A stretch of 61,638 bases of DNA from Spirochaetaceae bacterium (GTDB lineage: Bacteria > Spirochaetota > Spirochaetia > DSM-27196 > SLAA01): positions 1-61,638 of the forward strand of contig PUOW01000187.1 in the NCBI GenBank assembly GCA_003552185.1, given 5' to 3'. Positions 25,652 through 34,738 of this stretch are shown here, piece by piece. Position numbers and translations under genes: made by a program. Each line of letters begins with the position of its first letter. Position 1 is the stretch's first letter. The notes beneath the pieces were generated by a model. That model saw nothing but the letters and a program-made list of their open reading frames with translations, searched no databases and was not told where the DNA came from.

Positions 25652-27007
25652 TCACCGGCGGACGACCGCGAAAAACACCAGTGCGCCGACAGCCCCTACC
25701 AAGATGTTGGGGAACCACATCGCGAGTACCGGAGACAGGTACGGCGGCTCCACGCCGAAGGTTTGCCCGCCGAGAATCAGCGCCCAGTACAATACCGCGA
25801 TGAACAGCCCGATACCGAACCCGATCGATCGTCCATGCCTACCGCCGACAACGCCCACCGGAAACGCAAAGATCACGAACGCAAAGCACGCGAACGGGAT
25901 CGCGAACTTCTTGTGAAACTCTATCCGGTACAGCTGCAAGCTGCGATCGAAAAAGGTCCGGCCGCGTTCCCGCTCGAGCTCGCGCCGGCTTCGTTCCACC
26001 GCGCTCTCGAGCTCGGCAGCCTCGCGCACCGCTTCTTTGATCTTCAGATCGTCCTCGAGCTCGAGCTCGGGTTCGGGTTCGGGTTCAATGGGCTCGGCCG
26101 CACGCCGGCGAATCTCCTCGAGCTCACCCTCCTCCCGTTGTAGGCGCTCCTGCAGCTCCTCAACGCGTTGCCGGTGCTCCCGACGCTGCCGGTCGAGGCG
26201 CTCTAGTTTCTCGTTGATCTCCTGCGCGAGATCGTATGAGCTCATCTCACGAGGTCCCGGAGAGCGCATCGCGAGCGTTATATCGCCGAGCAGAATATGG
26301 TATGCCATCCGGTCGGAGTGCGAATACTGATATCGCAACTCACCCGAGCGTTTCGCTTCGTGCGTGGTAACGCCCTCTAACTCGAGCGACACCACGCCGG
26401 CGCCGTGTTCTTCCGGCCGCAGGCGTGCGAAGCGTGAAAGGATCACGCGGTCGTCGGTGCCGTCGCGATCTATGATCACGAGGTCGCTTATGCGGTTGCC
26501 CTCAACCGATCCGGTTACGATAATACTGTCTTGATACTCGGTGACGCTGTTGGACTCGAGCTCGAGATCCGGATTGGAGTACAGTAACTCGCGATAGAGT
26601 CTGGCGAAGTTGATGGTTCCGACCGGAAGGAAGTAGTCGTTCATCACGAACGAAACCGACGAGAACGCCAAACCAAGCACCGCAAAAGGAATAAACGCCC
26701 GCGTCAGCGAGATTCCGGCCGCCCGGATCGCGAGGAACTCGTTGTCCTGTGAGAGCCGCCCGACGCTTAACAACGCGCCGACGAGCGCGCCGAACGGAAA
26801 TGCGAGCGCGATGATCGACGGCAAGGAATAGAACACAAGCCGCGCAACATCGAGCGCGGGCACGTTCTTGGTGAGGATATCCTCGGCCAGAAGCAGCAGT
26901 TGGTTGACGAAGAATATAACGAAGAAAAAGAGAAAGGCTACGGCGAACCCGAGCAGAAACTCTCGAGTTAGGTATCGGTAGATTACTCCGTAGCCGCGAC
27001 CGGCCAT
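25652..27007 (-). CDS. lptF: LPS export ABC transporter permease, LptF-like, with coiled-coil/EP-repeat insertion
   Basis: YGVIYRYLTREFLLGF start typical of the YjgP/YjgQ family. I prefer ATG 27007 (MAGRGYG...) over the track start 27082, which would overlap dut. A ~60-aa charged insertion precedes TM4. Confidence 0.75.
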   Translation of the reverse strand: MAGRGYGVIYRYLTREFLLGFAVAFLFFFVIFFVNQLLLLAEDILTKNVPALDVARLVFYSLPSIIALAFPFGALVGALLSVGRLSQDNEFLAIRAAGISLTRAFIPFAVLGLAFSSVSFVMNDYFLPVGTINFARLYRELLYSNPDLELESNSVTEYQDSIIVTGSVEGNRISDLVIIDRDGTDDRVILSRFARLRPEEHGAGVVSLELEGVTTHEAKRSGELRYQYSHSDRMAYHILLGDITLAMRSPGPREMSSYDLAQEINEKLERLDRQRREHRQRVEELQERLQREEGELEEIRRRAAEPIEPEPEPELELEDDLKIKEAVREAAELESAVERSRRELERERGRTFFDRSLQLYRIEFHKKFAIPFACFAFVIFAFPVGVVGGRHGRSIGFGIGLFIAVLYWALILGGQTFGVEPPYLSPVLAMWFPNILVGAVGALVFFAVVRR

Positions 27008-27026
27008 ATGGGTCTTCACCGCCCGG

Positions 27027-27470
27027 CTATACGCCGGTGGAGCCGAAGCCCCCTGTTCCGCGTACCGACTCGGGCAAGACATCCTGCCGCTCGAATCTCG
27101 CCCGCGTTACGGGAGCTACCACCAACTGCGCGATGCGGTCACCCCGCGTCACGGTGAAGGTTTCACTCCCGTGATTGATGACTAGTACTTTTATCTCGCC
27201 GCGGTAGTCGGAATCTATGGTACCGGGCGTATTGAGCAAGGTGACGCCGTGCTTCCACGCGATTCCGGACCGCGGGCGAACCTGCCCTTCGTAGCCCGAC
27301 GGCAGCGCGATCCAGACCCCGGTGCGAACCAGAGCCCGATCGCCGGGCGCCAGCTCCACCTCTTCGGCGGCTTTGAGATCGGCGCCGGCAGCATCCGCCG
27401 AGGCGTACTCGGGATGCTGCCCGGGCTCACAGCGGTACGGTACCGCCTCAGTCGCGTCTATTGCGTCCAC
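27027..27470 (-). CDS. dut: dUTP diphosphatase
   Basis: Motifs [49 protein letters not shown] and GDRIAQLVV. The track start (27620) adds 50 aa that merely mirror the pnp tail. GTG at 27470 behind a GGAG SD gives a normal 147-aa dUTPase and overlaps pnp by 23 nt. Confidence 0.85.
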   Translation of the reverse strand: MDAIDATEAVPYRCEPGQHPEYASADAAGADLKAAEEVELAPGDRALVRTGVWIALPSGYEGQVRPRSGIAWKHGVTLLNTPGTIDSDYRGEIKVLVINHGSETFTVTRGDRIAQLVVAPVTRARFERQDVLPESVRGTGGFGSTGV

Positions 27471-29676
27471 CTCGATCTCCGCGGTCGCCGCCGCGACCTC
27501 CACGATCACCGCGTCCGCCTCGGTCGCCTCCACGATGCGAGCGCTCCCGATCGTCACGCCCCCGGCTTTCGCTCGGGCGATCTCGGTCGCCGCCTCCGCT
27601 CGAGTCATCGTCGGAGTCATAGATGAGACTCAGATTTACGCGCCCCATCTTGTCGATCTCGATGATCTTCACCGGCACTTCCTGGTTCATTTGAAGCACG
27701 TCCGAGACCTGGTTCACCCTACCGGGTGCCATCTTCGAGATATGGCACAGTCCTTCCTTGCCGGGCAGGAACTCGATAAACGCACCGAAATCGACGATGC
27801 GCCTCACCACGCCGTCGTACGTCTTGCCGACCTCCGGCTCCTCGAGTAGTGCCAAGAACGCCTGTTGTGCCTCCTCGGCGCCGGGCTTATCCTTTGAGTA
27901 CACCGTAACGAGCCCGCTGTCCTCTATGCTTACCTTCACATCGTGGCGATCCTGTATACTCTTGATCGTCTTGCCGCCGGGACCGATAAGAAGGCCGATT
28001 TTCTCGGGATCGACCTTGAAGCTCAGGATGCGCGGTGCGTGCTCCGAGAGAACGTCACGCGGCTTCTCTATCACCGCGTTCATCTTCTCGAGGATATGCA
28101 TCCGACCCCGACGCGCCTGCTCGAGCGCGGTGCTCATGATCTCTTGGCTTACGTTCGAGATCTTGATATCCATCTGGAACGCGGTGATCCCATCTTTGGT
28201 GCCCGCGACCTTGAAGTCCATATCGCCGAGGTGATCTTCCTCGCCGAGGATATCGGACAACACCACCGTGGTGTCGCCTTCCTGTACCAGGCCCATCGCG
28301 ATTCCGGCTACCGACTGCTCGATCGGAACGCCCGCGTTCATGAGCGACAGCGACCCGCCGCAGACGGTCGCCATCGAGGACGAGCCGTTCGACTCCAGGA
28401 CCTCGGAAACGACGCGAATCGTATACGGGAAATTCTCTTTATTGGGAATGAGATTCTCGAGCGCTCGGTGCGCAAGGTGCCCATGCCCGATCTCGCGGCG
28501 GCCGGTGCCGAGTCGGCCGGTTTCACCGACCGAGAACGGCGGGAAGTTGTAATGCAGCATGAAGTGCTCGCGGCGATCGCCTTCGAGGTCGTCCATGATT
28601 TGTTCGTCGTAGACCGTACCGAGCGTGGTGATCGCGAGCGCCTGAGTCTCGCCGCGCGTGAACAGAGCCGAACCGTGGGTACGACTGAGCACATCGACCT
28701 CGCTGGTGATATCGCGGATGTCTTCGGGTCCCCGACCGTCGCAGCGCTTCTTCTGCTCGACGATTGCACCGCGCATAACCTCTCGCTCCACGTCCTCACA
28801 GATCTTCTTGAGTTTCGGCTCGTCTTCTTCCTCTATCTCGTTTCGGAACTGCTCGAGTGCTTCCTCGGCGACGGCTTTCAATGCGTTTGAGCGAGCGAAC
28901 TTACCCTCGACAAAGGTTGCCTCGGCCACCTTGGGGCGCAGGTACTCGCGAACCTTGTCGGCGATCGGAAGCTCTTCCGGTTCCTCCACGAGCGGCAGCT
29001 TCTCTTTTCCAACCTTTGCACGAAGCTCGTCCTGCATACGACAGAGCTCCGCGATCGGACCGCGTGCGGCCTCGATGGCGCCAAGCATCACCTCTTCCGA
29101 AACTTGATGCGCGCCACCCTCTACCATCATGATGCCGTGTTCGCTTCCCGCCACAATGATATCGAGCTCACCGCGCTCGATCTCCTCAAAGGTGGGATTA
29201 ATACGGTACGCACCGTCGAGCCGCGTGACGCGCACCGCCCCGATGGGACCCTCAAACGGTACATCAGAGATATGCACGGCCGCCGAAGCCGCTACCATCG
29301 CGACAACGTCGGGCGGGTTGGACTGATCGGCCGATACCGTGGTGGGTACAACCTGAATCTCGCGCTTGAACATCTTCGAAAACAGCGGCCGCATAGGGCG
29401 GTCGATCAACCGTGAGACCAGTATTTCCTTGTCCTTCGGCCGACCTTCGCGCTTCAGAAAGCCCCCGGGAATCTTACCGGCGGCGTAGTATTTTTCGTTA
29501 TACTCGACCTGGAGCGGGACAAAGTCGCGCTCCTCGATCTTGCTGCCGCAGCAGACCGTAGCGAGCACTGCGCTCCCGCCGAACGTCGCGAACACCGCGC
29601 CGTTCGCCTGCTTGGCCATTTTTCCGGTTTCCAGGATCAGTTCCTGTTCCCCGAGTTTCATTGAGATACGTTCCAT
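27448..29676 (-). CDS. pnp: polyribonucleotide nucleotidyltransferase (PNPase) with C-terminal Arg/Gly/Asp-rich tail
   Basis: Two RNase PH domains, a KH domain ([13 protein letters not shown]) and an S1 domain ([28 protein letters not shown]), then a 57-aa tail ...[28 protein letters not shown]. Start placed at ATG 29676 ([28 protein letters not shown]) behind a GAGGA SD. The track start 29724 would overlap rpsO. Confidence 0.95.
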   Translation of the reverse strand: MERISMKLGEQELILETGKMAKQANGAVFATFGGSAVLATVCCGSKIEERDFVPLQVEYNEKYYAAGKIPGGFLKREGRPKDKEILVSRLIDRPMRPLFSKMFKREIQVVPTTVSADQSNPPDVVAMVAASAAVHISDVPFEGPIGAVRVTRLDGAYRINPTFEEIERGELDIIVAGSEHGIMMVEGGAHQVSEEVMLGAIEAARGPIAELCRMQDELRAKVGKEKLPLVEEPEELPIADKVREYLRPKVAEATFVEGKFARSNALKAVAEEALEQFRNEIEEEDEPKLKKICEDVEREVMRGAIVEQKKRCDGRGPEDIRDITSEVDVLSRTHGSALFTRGETQALAITTLGTVYDEQIMDDLEGDRREHFMLHYNFPPFSVGETGRLGTGRREIGHGHLAHRALENLIPNKENFPYTIRVVSEVLESNGSSSMATVCGGSLSLMNAGVPIEQSVAGIAMGLVQEGDTTVVLSDILGEEDHLGDMDFKVAGTKDGITAFQMDIKISNVSQEIMSTALEQARRGRMHILEKMNAVIEKPRDVLSEHAPRILSFKVDPEKIGLLIGPGGKTIKSIQDRHDVKVSIEDSGLVTVYSKDKPGAEEAQQAFLALLEEPEVGKTYDGVVRRIVDFGAFIEFLPGKEGLCHISKMAPGRVNQVSDVLQMNQEVPVKIIEIDKMGRVNLSLIYDSDDDSSGGGDRDRPSESRGRDDRERSHRGGDRGGRGDRGGRGGDRGDRGGRNRRD

Positions 29677-29707
29677 TATTCTACAATCCTCATGTTCTAC
29701 TTTCCAA

Positions 29708-29977
29708 TTACTTTCGAAGCCCAAGCTGCTTGATCAGGCTCCGGTAGCCTTCGAGATCCCGGCGGCGCAAGTACTTCAGGAGACGTCGTCGCTGACCGAC
29801 GAGCTTCAACAAGCCGCGGCGGGAATGATGGTCCTTCTTGTGATCTTTAAAATGCCCGGTGAGCTCTTCGATGCGGGCGGTCAGCATCGCGATCTGAACC
29901 TCGGTTCTACCGGTGTCTTTCTCGCCCGTGCCAAACTGGGTGATAATCTCCTGCTTCTTCTCTTTGCTGAGCGGCAT
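29708..29977 (-). CDS. rpsO: 30S ribosomal protein S15
   Basis: 89 aa. [48 protein letters not shown] is canonical S15. Confidence 0.97.
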   Translation of the reverse strand: MPLSKEKKQEIITQFGTGEKDTGRTEVQIAMLTARIEELTGHFKDHKKDHHSRRGLLKLVGQRRRLLKYLRRRDLEGYRSLIKQLGLRK

Positions 29978-29990
29978 CTATTCTCTCTCC

Positions 29991-30797
29991 TTATTGCTCA
30001 TGCGATTTGAGTTGCCGTAAGAATCGAATACGATTCGTGGAATTGCATTGCTGTGACCACCGTAGGTGGTTTTCCGTTATTGTTACTATATCGCGACAGG
30101 AATCGCCCTCGCAGCGCAGCTCAACCTCGAACACCCCCGCGTGCGGCAGCACCTGGCTGCAGTCGTGCTTGCGCATCCAACACTCGGATTGGTTCTGTTG
30201 GAGCGCTGCATCGGCGACGTCCAGTTCGAAATTGCTCCCCAACAGGCGACGCACACGGTTAAGATCACCGTCCAGCACGGCGCGCCGGATCACGGTGCTG
30301 CTTACAGGTAGCTGCAGTTCATTATCGACGACCGGGGGGGCGATGTCAACCCGAACGCCGTAGGCCTCGAGATACCGGCGGACATCCTGCGCGCTCATCG
30401 TCATATCGCGGCCGCAGCGAAAGTTACTGCCGACCGCAAGGTAGCGCAGCTCGAGCGCAGCACGCAGAGCGTCCAAAAACGCTTCACCGCTGAGGTTACG
30501 AAAGCGCTCATCGAACTCGGCTACGATTACCACCGCGACGCCGAGCGCCTCGAGCTTTTCGAGTCTGCGATTGAAACTCTCGAGATCGCCGTGATACGTC
30601 TGCGGGCGCAGACGGCGAGCCGGGTTGTCACGAAAGGTGAGCACCGTGGCAACCGAGTCTTCGGAGAAGTTGTGAATGCGCTCGATCAAAGCCCGATGTC
30701 CCAGATGCACTCCATCGAACACGCCGACCGAGAGCGCGACCGGCTCGCGCGGCAGATTCCGGCCACGTTCGAGCGAAACCCAGTCGATAACCCTCAC
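29991..30797 (-). CDS. ribF: FAD synthetase (RibF family) with short, degenerate C-terminal riboflavin-kinase-like region
   Basis: 268 aa. The N-terminal adenylyltransferase motifs are present: LSVGVFDGVHLGHRALI and ISSTVIRRAVLDGDL. The C-terminal ~85 aa keep only LLGS and LPHAGVF and lack the G-x-G/PTAN-type kinase motifs I expect. Confidence 0.75.
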   Translation of the reverse strand: MRVIDWVSLERGRNLPREPVALSVGVFDGVHLGHRALIERIHNFSEDSVATVLTFRDNPARRLRPQTYHGDLESFNRRLEKLEALGVAVVIVAEFDERFRNLSGEAFLDALRAALELRYLAVGSNFRCGRDMTMSAQDVRRYLEAYGVRVDIAPPVVDNELQLPVSSTVIRRAVLDGDLNRVRRLLGSNFELDVADAALQQNQSECWMRKHDCSQVLPHAGVFEVELRCEGDSCRDIVTITENHLRWSQQCNSTNRIRFLRQLKSHEQ

Positions 30798-31696
30798 GGC
30801 TCACCGGCCCTCACGAACCGGTAGCTCCAGTCGCCGTCGCGGCGCTCGAGCACGGCTACCAAACGGTCGTCGGGAGTGAGCGCCGCGTACACCCCGTCTG
30901 CGCTCACCGAGTCGCGCAGCGTCGCAAAGGCCGGACGGCCCAGCGCCGCCCCGTGCAGCATCCGGCCGGCGGTCTCGGTGTCCACGACCAGCGGCGTGAT
31001 TCCGTCCAGCTTCGGGAGGAAGCGCGCCGGCGGGACGAGATCGCGCTCCGGGTCAAACGCGTCGGGGTCGACCGCGTCCTCCACCCGAAACGAGCCGACC
31101 GCGGTTCGCCGCAGCGCCAACAGGTGCGCGCAGGAGCCGGCGGCGTGCGCAAGATCGCGCGCGAGGGCTCGCACATAGGTTCCCTTGCTACAGCGCAGTC
31201 TGAGCTCGAGGCGCCCCGTCTCGATCTCGTAGCGGCCGAGCTCGAGCTCGTAAACCGTTACCGGCCGAGCCTCGAGCCGAGGATCGCCGCCGGCGCGTTT
31301 GCGACTGGAAGCGCGTCGCCCTTCGAGTTTAATTGCGGAGTATACCGGTGGAGTCTGCATGAGTTCGCCGCGAAACCGGACGGCGGCGTGCTCGAGCTGC
31401 TCCAAACTCGGCCGCGCGCCCGTGGCGGTTATCTCACCTTCCGGGTCGAGCGTTTCGGTCTCGGTGCCGAGCTGCAGCACGGCGTGATACTCTTTCGGCA
31501 GTGCGGTGACGTAGGGCGCGAAGCGAGAGCACACGCCCGCGGCCGCGATCAGCAGCCCCTCCGCAAAGCGATCGAGCGTTCCGGTGTGTCCAACCTTCCC
31601 GGTCTGCAGTCGTTGCTTCACCGGCTTCAGCGCTTGAAACGAGGTCATCTCGGGCGGCTTGTTCAACAACACAAGCCCGTCACGCGAGCTGCTCAC
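30794..31696 (-). CDS. truB: tRNA pseudouridine(55) synthase
   Basis: 300 aa. GLVLLNKPPEMTSFQ, VGHTGTLDRFAEGLL and PPVYSAIKLEG motifs. Confidence 0.93.
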   Translation of the reverse strand: MSSSRDGLVLLNKPPEMTSFQALKPVKQRLQTGKVGHTGTLDRFAEGLLIAAAGVCSRFAPYVTALPKEYHAVLQLGTETETLDPEGEITATGARPSLEQLEHAAVRFRGELMQTPPVYSAIKLEGRRASSRKRAGGDPRLEARPVTVYELELGRYEIETGRLELRLRCSKGTYVRALARDLAHAAGSCAHLLALRRTAVGSFRVEDAVDPDAFDPERDLVPPARFLPKLDGITPLVVDTETAGRMLHGAALGRPAFATLRDSVSADGVYAALTPDDRLVAVLERRDGDWSYRFVRAGEP

Positions 31697-32040
31697 TGAT
31701 CGAGTTCCTCTATCCTCTTGGTGACCTCGTATCCCTCGCGTAAGCTCGCGTCGGCGATGAAGGTCAGTTGCGGTGTGAACTTGTATTTCAGCTTACGCCC
31801 GATCCGCCCCTGCATGAACCCCGCCGCGTGATTGAGACCGAGGACGGCCTTGTCGAGCGCCTCAGGCGTCATGTAACCGCCCACTCGGACCTTCGCGTGC
31901 TTCAGATCTTTTGAAACCGAGACACCGAGAACCGTTACGAGCTCGGTCACGCGCGGGTCGCGAACCTCGCCGCTGAGAATCAGCGAACCGAGCTCGGCGA
32001 GCAACTGGCTCTCGACCCGCTTTAGCCGCCATTCAGACAT
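31693..32040 (-). CDS. rbfA: ribosome-binding factor A
   Basis: 115 aa. RLKRVESQLLAELGSLILSGEVRDPRV and VSVSKDLKHAKV. Canonical position after infB. Confidence 0.92.
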   Translation of the reverse strand: MSEWRLKRVESQLLAELGSLILSGEVRDPRVTELVTVLGVSVSKDLKHAKVRVGGYMTPEALDKAVLGLNHAAGFMQGRIGRKLKYKFTPQLTFIADASLREGYEVTKRIEELDQ

Positions 32041-32054
32041 CGAACCGCCCCGTT

Positions 32055-34709
32055 CTACTCGCCACCGCCGCTCTTCGCTCTATTGCCGCTTTGGGCGTCG
32101 TCGAGCTTCTTCGCGATCTCTTTGTACTCGATCACCTCGATCACGTCGCCGACCTTGATATCGTTGTAGTTCTCGAGCCCGATACCGCACTCGTATCCGC
32201 TCTCGACCTCACGAGCATCGTCCTTGAAGCGCTTCAGCGACTCGATCTTGCCGCTGAAGACCTGAATGCCGTCACGAATGAGGTGCGCGTGCGCGTTGCG
32301 TCGTACCTTGCCGGAGGTAACGTAACAACCGGCGATCGTGCCGACCTTCGGTACCTTGAAGGTATCGCGAACCTCCACCTGGCCGATGACCTCTTCGCTG
32401 ATGTCCGGCCGCAGCATCCCTTCCATCGCGCTTCTGATGTCCTCAACTACGTCGTAGATGATGTTGTACTTGCGAATCTCTACCTTTTCTTGCTCCGCGA
32501 CCGCAACCGCTCGCGGTGTAGGCCGCACGTGGAATCCGACGATGATGGCGTTCGAGGCGGCCGCGAGCATCACGTCGTTCTCGTTGATCGCGCCGGCTGC
32601 GGCGTGTATAACCGCGAGACGTATCTCGGGGGTGGAGAGTCGCTCGAGCGAAGACTGTAGAGCCTCTACCGAGCCGTGCACGTCGCCCTTGATGATGACC
32701 TTGAGCTCTTGAATCTCGCCTTCCTGGATGCTGTCGTAGAGGTTGTCGAGCGTGATCTTCTTCACGTTCTTTGCGACCTCAACCTTCTTGAGCTCCTGCC
32801 GTTTATCGCCGATCTGACGCGCGACCTTTTCGCTCTCGGTAACCTGAAACGGGTCGCCCGCGTCGGGGATCCCGGTGAAACCGAGAATCTCTACCGGCAT
32901 TGAGGGAGTGGCCTTCTGAACTTTGTTGCCGCGATCGTCGAACATTGCGCGTACCTTACCGGGATAGATCCCGGCCACGAAGGAATCGCCGACGCTGAGC
33001 GTACCGCGCTCGATCAAAACCGTGGCAACCGTACCGCGACCGGGATCGATCTTCGACTCGATCACCTTCCCTTCGGCCTTGCAGTTGTGGTTTGCAACGA
33101 GCTCGAGCACCTCGGCTTGCAGCATAACCGCTTCGAGCAGTTCCTCGACGCCTTCGCGCTTCAGAGCCGAAACCTCGAGATACATGGTGTTACCGCCCCA
33201 GTCCTCGGGGACGAGGTCGTGCTCCGAAAGCTGCTGCTTCACGCGATCGGGGTTGGCGCTTTGCAGATCCACCTTATTGATCGCCACGATGATCGGGACG
33301 CCCGCTTCCTTGGCGTGATGCACCGCCTCGATCGTCTGCGGCATCACGCCGTCGTTGGCGGCAACTACGAGAATAACGATATCGGTGATCTGCGCACCGC
33401 GCGACCGCATCAAGGTAAAGGCTTCGTGCCCCGGTGTATCGAGGAAGGTGAGCCGGCCCTGCGGAATCTCGACCTGGTACGCGCCGATATGCTGCGTGAT
33501 ACCGCCGAACTCGTCGGCCACCACATCGGTGGCGCGTATCGCATCGAGTAGCTTTGTTTTACCGTGGTCTACATGCCCCATGACCGTCACGATCGGCGAG
33601 CGCGGTTCGAGGTCGCTCTCTTGATCATCCTCGGTCTCGATGATCGTTTCATCATAGAGCGAGACGATATTCACTTTGCAGCCGTACTCGGATGCCAAAA
33701 TCTCGGCGGTCTCGGCGTCGATCTGCTGATTGATTGTTACCATCATGCCCATCGCCATGAGCTTTCCGATGAGATCGGACGCCTTGAGGTTCATCTTCTT
33801 GGCAAGCTCGGCTACCGTGATGACCTCCATGATGTCGATTTCTTTCGGCACCGGATTGGCTTTCACCACAGGCTTGCGCTGCTTGACCTGCATCTGCTTC
33901 TCGCGCTCGCGCTCTTTTTTGGACTGAAACTCTTTTTTCTTTGAGCGATAAAAGCGCTTACCGGCGGGCCCCTGTTTAGCTCCGCCGTCTCCGCCGCGAG
34001 CAGGCCCGCCGGATGCTCCCGGGCCACGACCGCCGGGACCACCCGGGCCGCCGTATCCGCGTCCGCCGCCCGCTCCGCCGGGGCCACCTTGACCACCCGG
34101 CCGAGGCCCGGATCCCCCGCGTGCGGGGCCGCTTCCGCGTCCTTGTCCCGGTCCGCCGGCAGGCCCGGACGCGCCGCCTCCGCCGCGAGCAGGACCGCCG
34201 CGTCCGGCAGTGCCCCCGGCTCCTCGGTCCGGACCCGAGCGCTCACCGGAACGCGCCCCGTACCCGCCGCCGCCGGAACGACCGCCTCGCGCGCCGGCGT
34301 CGTCGCCCCGCGGCGCGGATCGTGCCTGCGGCGCAGCGTCTGAACGCGCTTGTCCTTCGGGAGCCTCGCGGCGCCGGCCGCGCTCCTCGGATCGCGGTTC
34401 GGCGCCGGCCTTTTCACCGGTCTGTTCGCCGGCCTTAGCCGCGGGTTGATCGGAGCGACGCTGTTCGCCGGTCGCCGGCGAGCCGCCTGCGCGCTCGGCC
34501 TCGTGTGGTGTGCTTTGGGCGGAAGCGGACTCTGACTCGGCCGAGGGTTGAGCCGCCGACTTGGACTTACGCTTGACGACTACCCGAACCTTTTTCTTTT
34601 CGGGCTTCTCACCGGTAGCGTCGGGTTTCTCGGCCTGCGGCTGTTCCTTCTTATGCTTGATCAGCGTTGCTTTCGGCTTTTGTTCTTTCTTTTCTTGGTC
34701 TTCCGCCAT
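32055..34709 (-). CDS. infB: translation initiation factor IF-2
   Basis: 884 aa. G-domain [28 protein letters not shown]. The N-terminal ~200 aa are a Gly/Arg/Pro-rich low-complexity region. Confidence 0.97.
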   Translation of the reverse strand: MAEDQEKKEQKPKATLIKHKKEQPQAEKPDATGEKPEKKKVRVVVKRKSKSAAQPSAESESASAQSTPHEAERAGGSPATGEQRRSDQPAAKAGEQTGEKAGAEPRSEERGRRREAPEGQARSDAAPQARSAPRGDDAGARGGRSGGGGYGARSGERSGPDRGAGGTAGRGGPARGGGGASGPAGGPGQGRGSGPARGGSGPRPGGQGGPGGAGGGRGYGGPGGPGGRGPGASGGPARGGDGGAKQGPAGKRFYRSKKKEFQSKKEREREKQMQVKQRKPVVKANPVPKEIDIMEVITVAELAKKMNLKASDLIGKLMAMGMMVTINQQIDAETAEILASEYGCKVNIVSLYDETIIETEDDQESDLEPRSPIVTVMGHVDHGKTKLLDAIRATDVVADEFGGITQHIGAYQVEIPQGRLTFLDTPGHEAFTLMRSRGAQITDIVILVVAANDGVMPQTIEAVHHAKEAGVPIIVAINKVDLQSANPDRVKQQLSEHDLVPEDWGGNTMYLEVSALKREGVEELLEAVMLQAEVLELVANHNCKAEGKVIESKIDPGRGTVATVLIERGTLSVGDSFVAGIYPGKVRAMFDDRGNKVQKATPSMPVEILGFTGIPDAGDPFQVTESEKVARQIGDKRQELKKVEVAKNVKKITLDNLYDSIQEGEIQELKVIIKGDVHGSVEALQSSLERLSTPEIRLAVIHAAAGAINENDVMLAAASNAIIVGFHVRPTPRAVAVAEQEKVEIRKYNIIYDVVEDIRSAMEGMLRPDISEEVIGQVEVRDTFKVPKVGTIAGCYVTSGKVRRNAHAHLIRDGIQVFSGKIESLKRFKDDAREVESGYECGIGLENYNDIKVGDVIEVIEYKEIAKKLDDAQSGNRAKSGGGE

Positions 34710-34738
34710 AACACACCTTTCTCTATGCCTGTCTCATC

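Noticed and set aside
27471-27620. 50-aa N-terminal extension of dut in the ORF track ([14 protein letters not shown]...)
   Set aside because: It lies entirely within the pnp tail coding region on the same strand in another frame. dUTPases are ~145-150 aa, and an internal GTG with a GGAG SD gives the canonical length.
33944-34532. Gly/Arg/Pro-rich ~200-aa N-terminal region of IF-2 as a novelty
   Set aside because: Low-complexity, highly variable N-terminal regions are a well-known feature of IF-2, especially in GC-rich bacteria. Noted only as context for the PNPase RGG tail.
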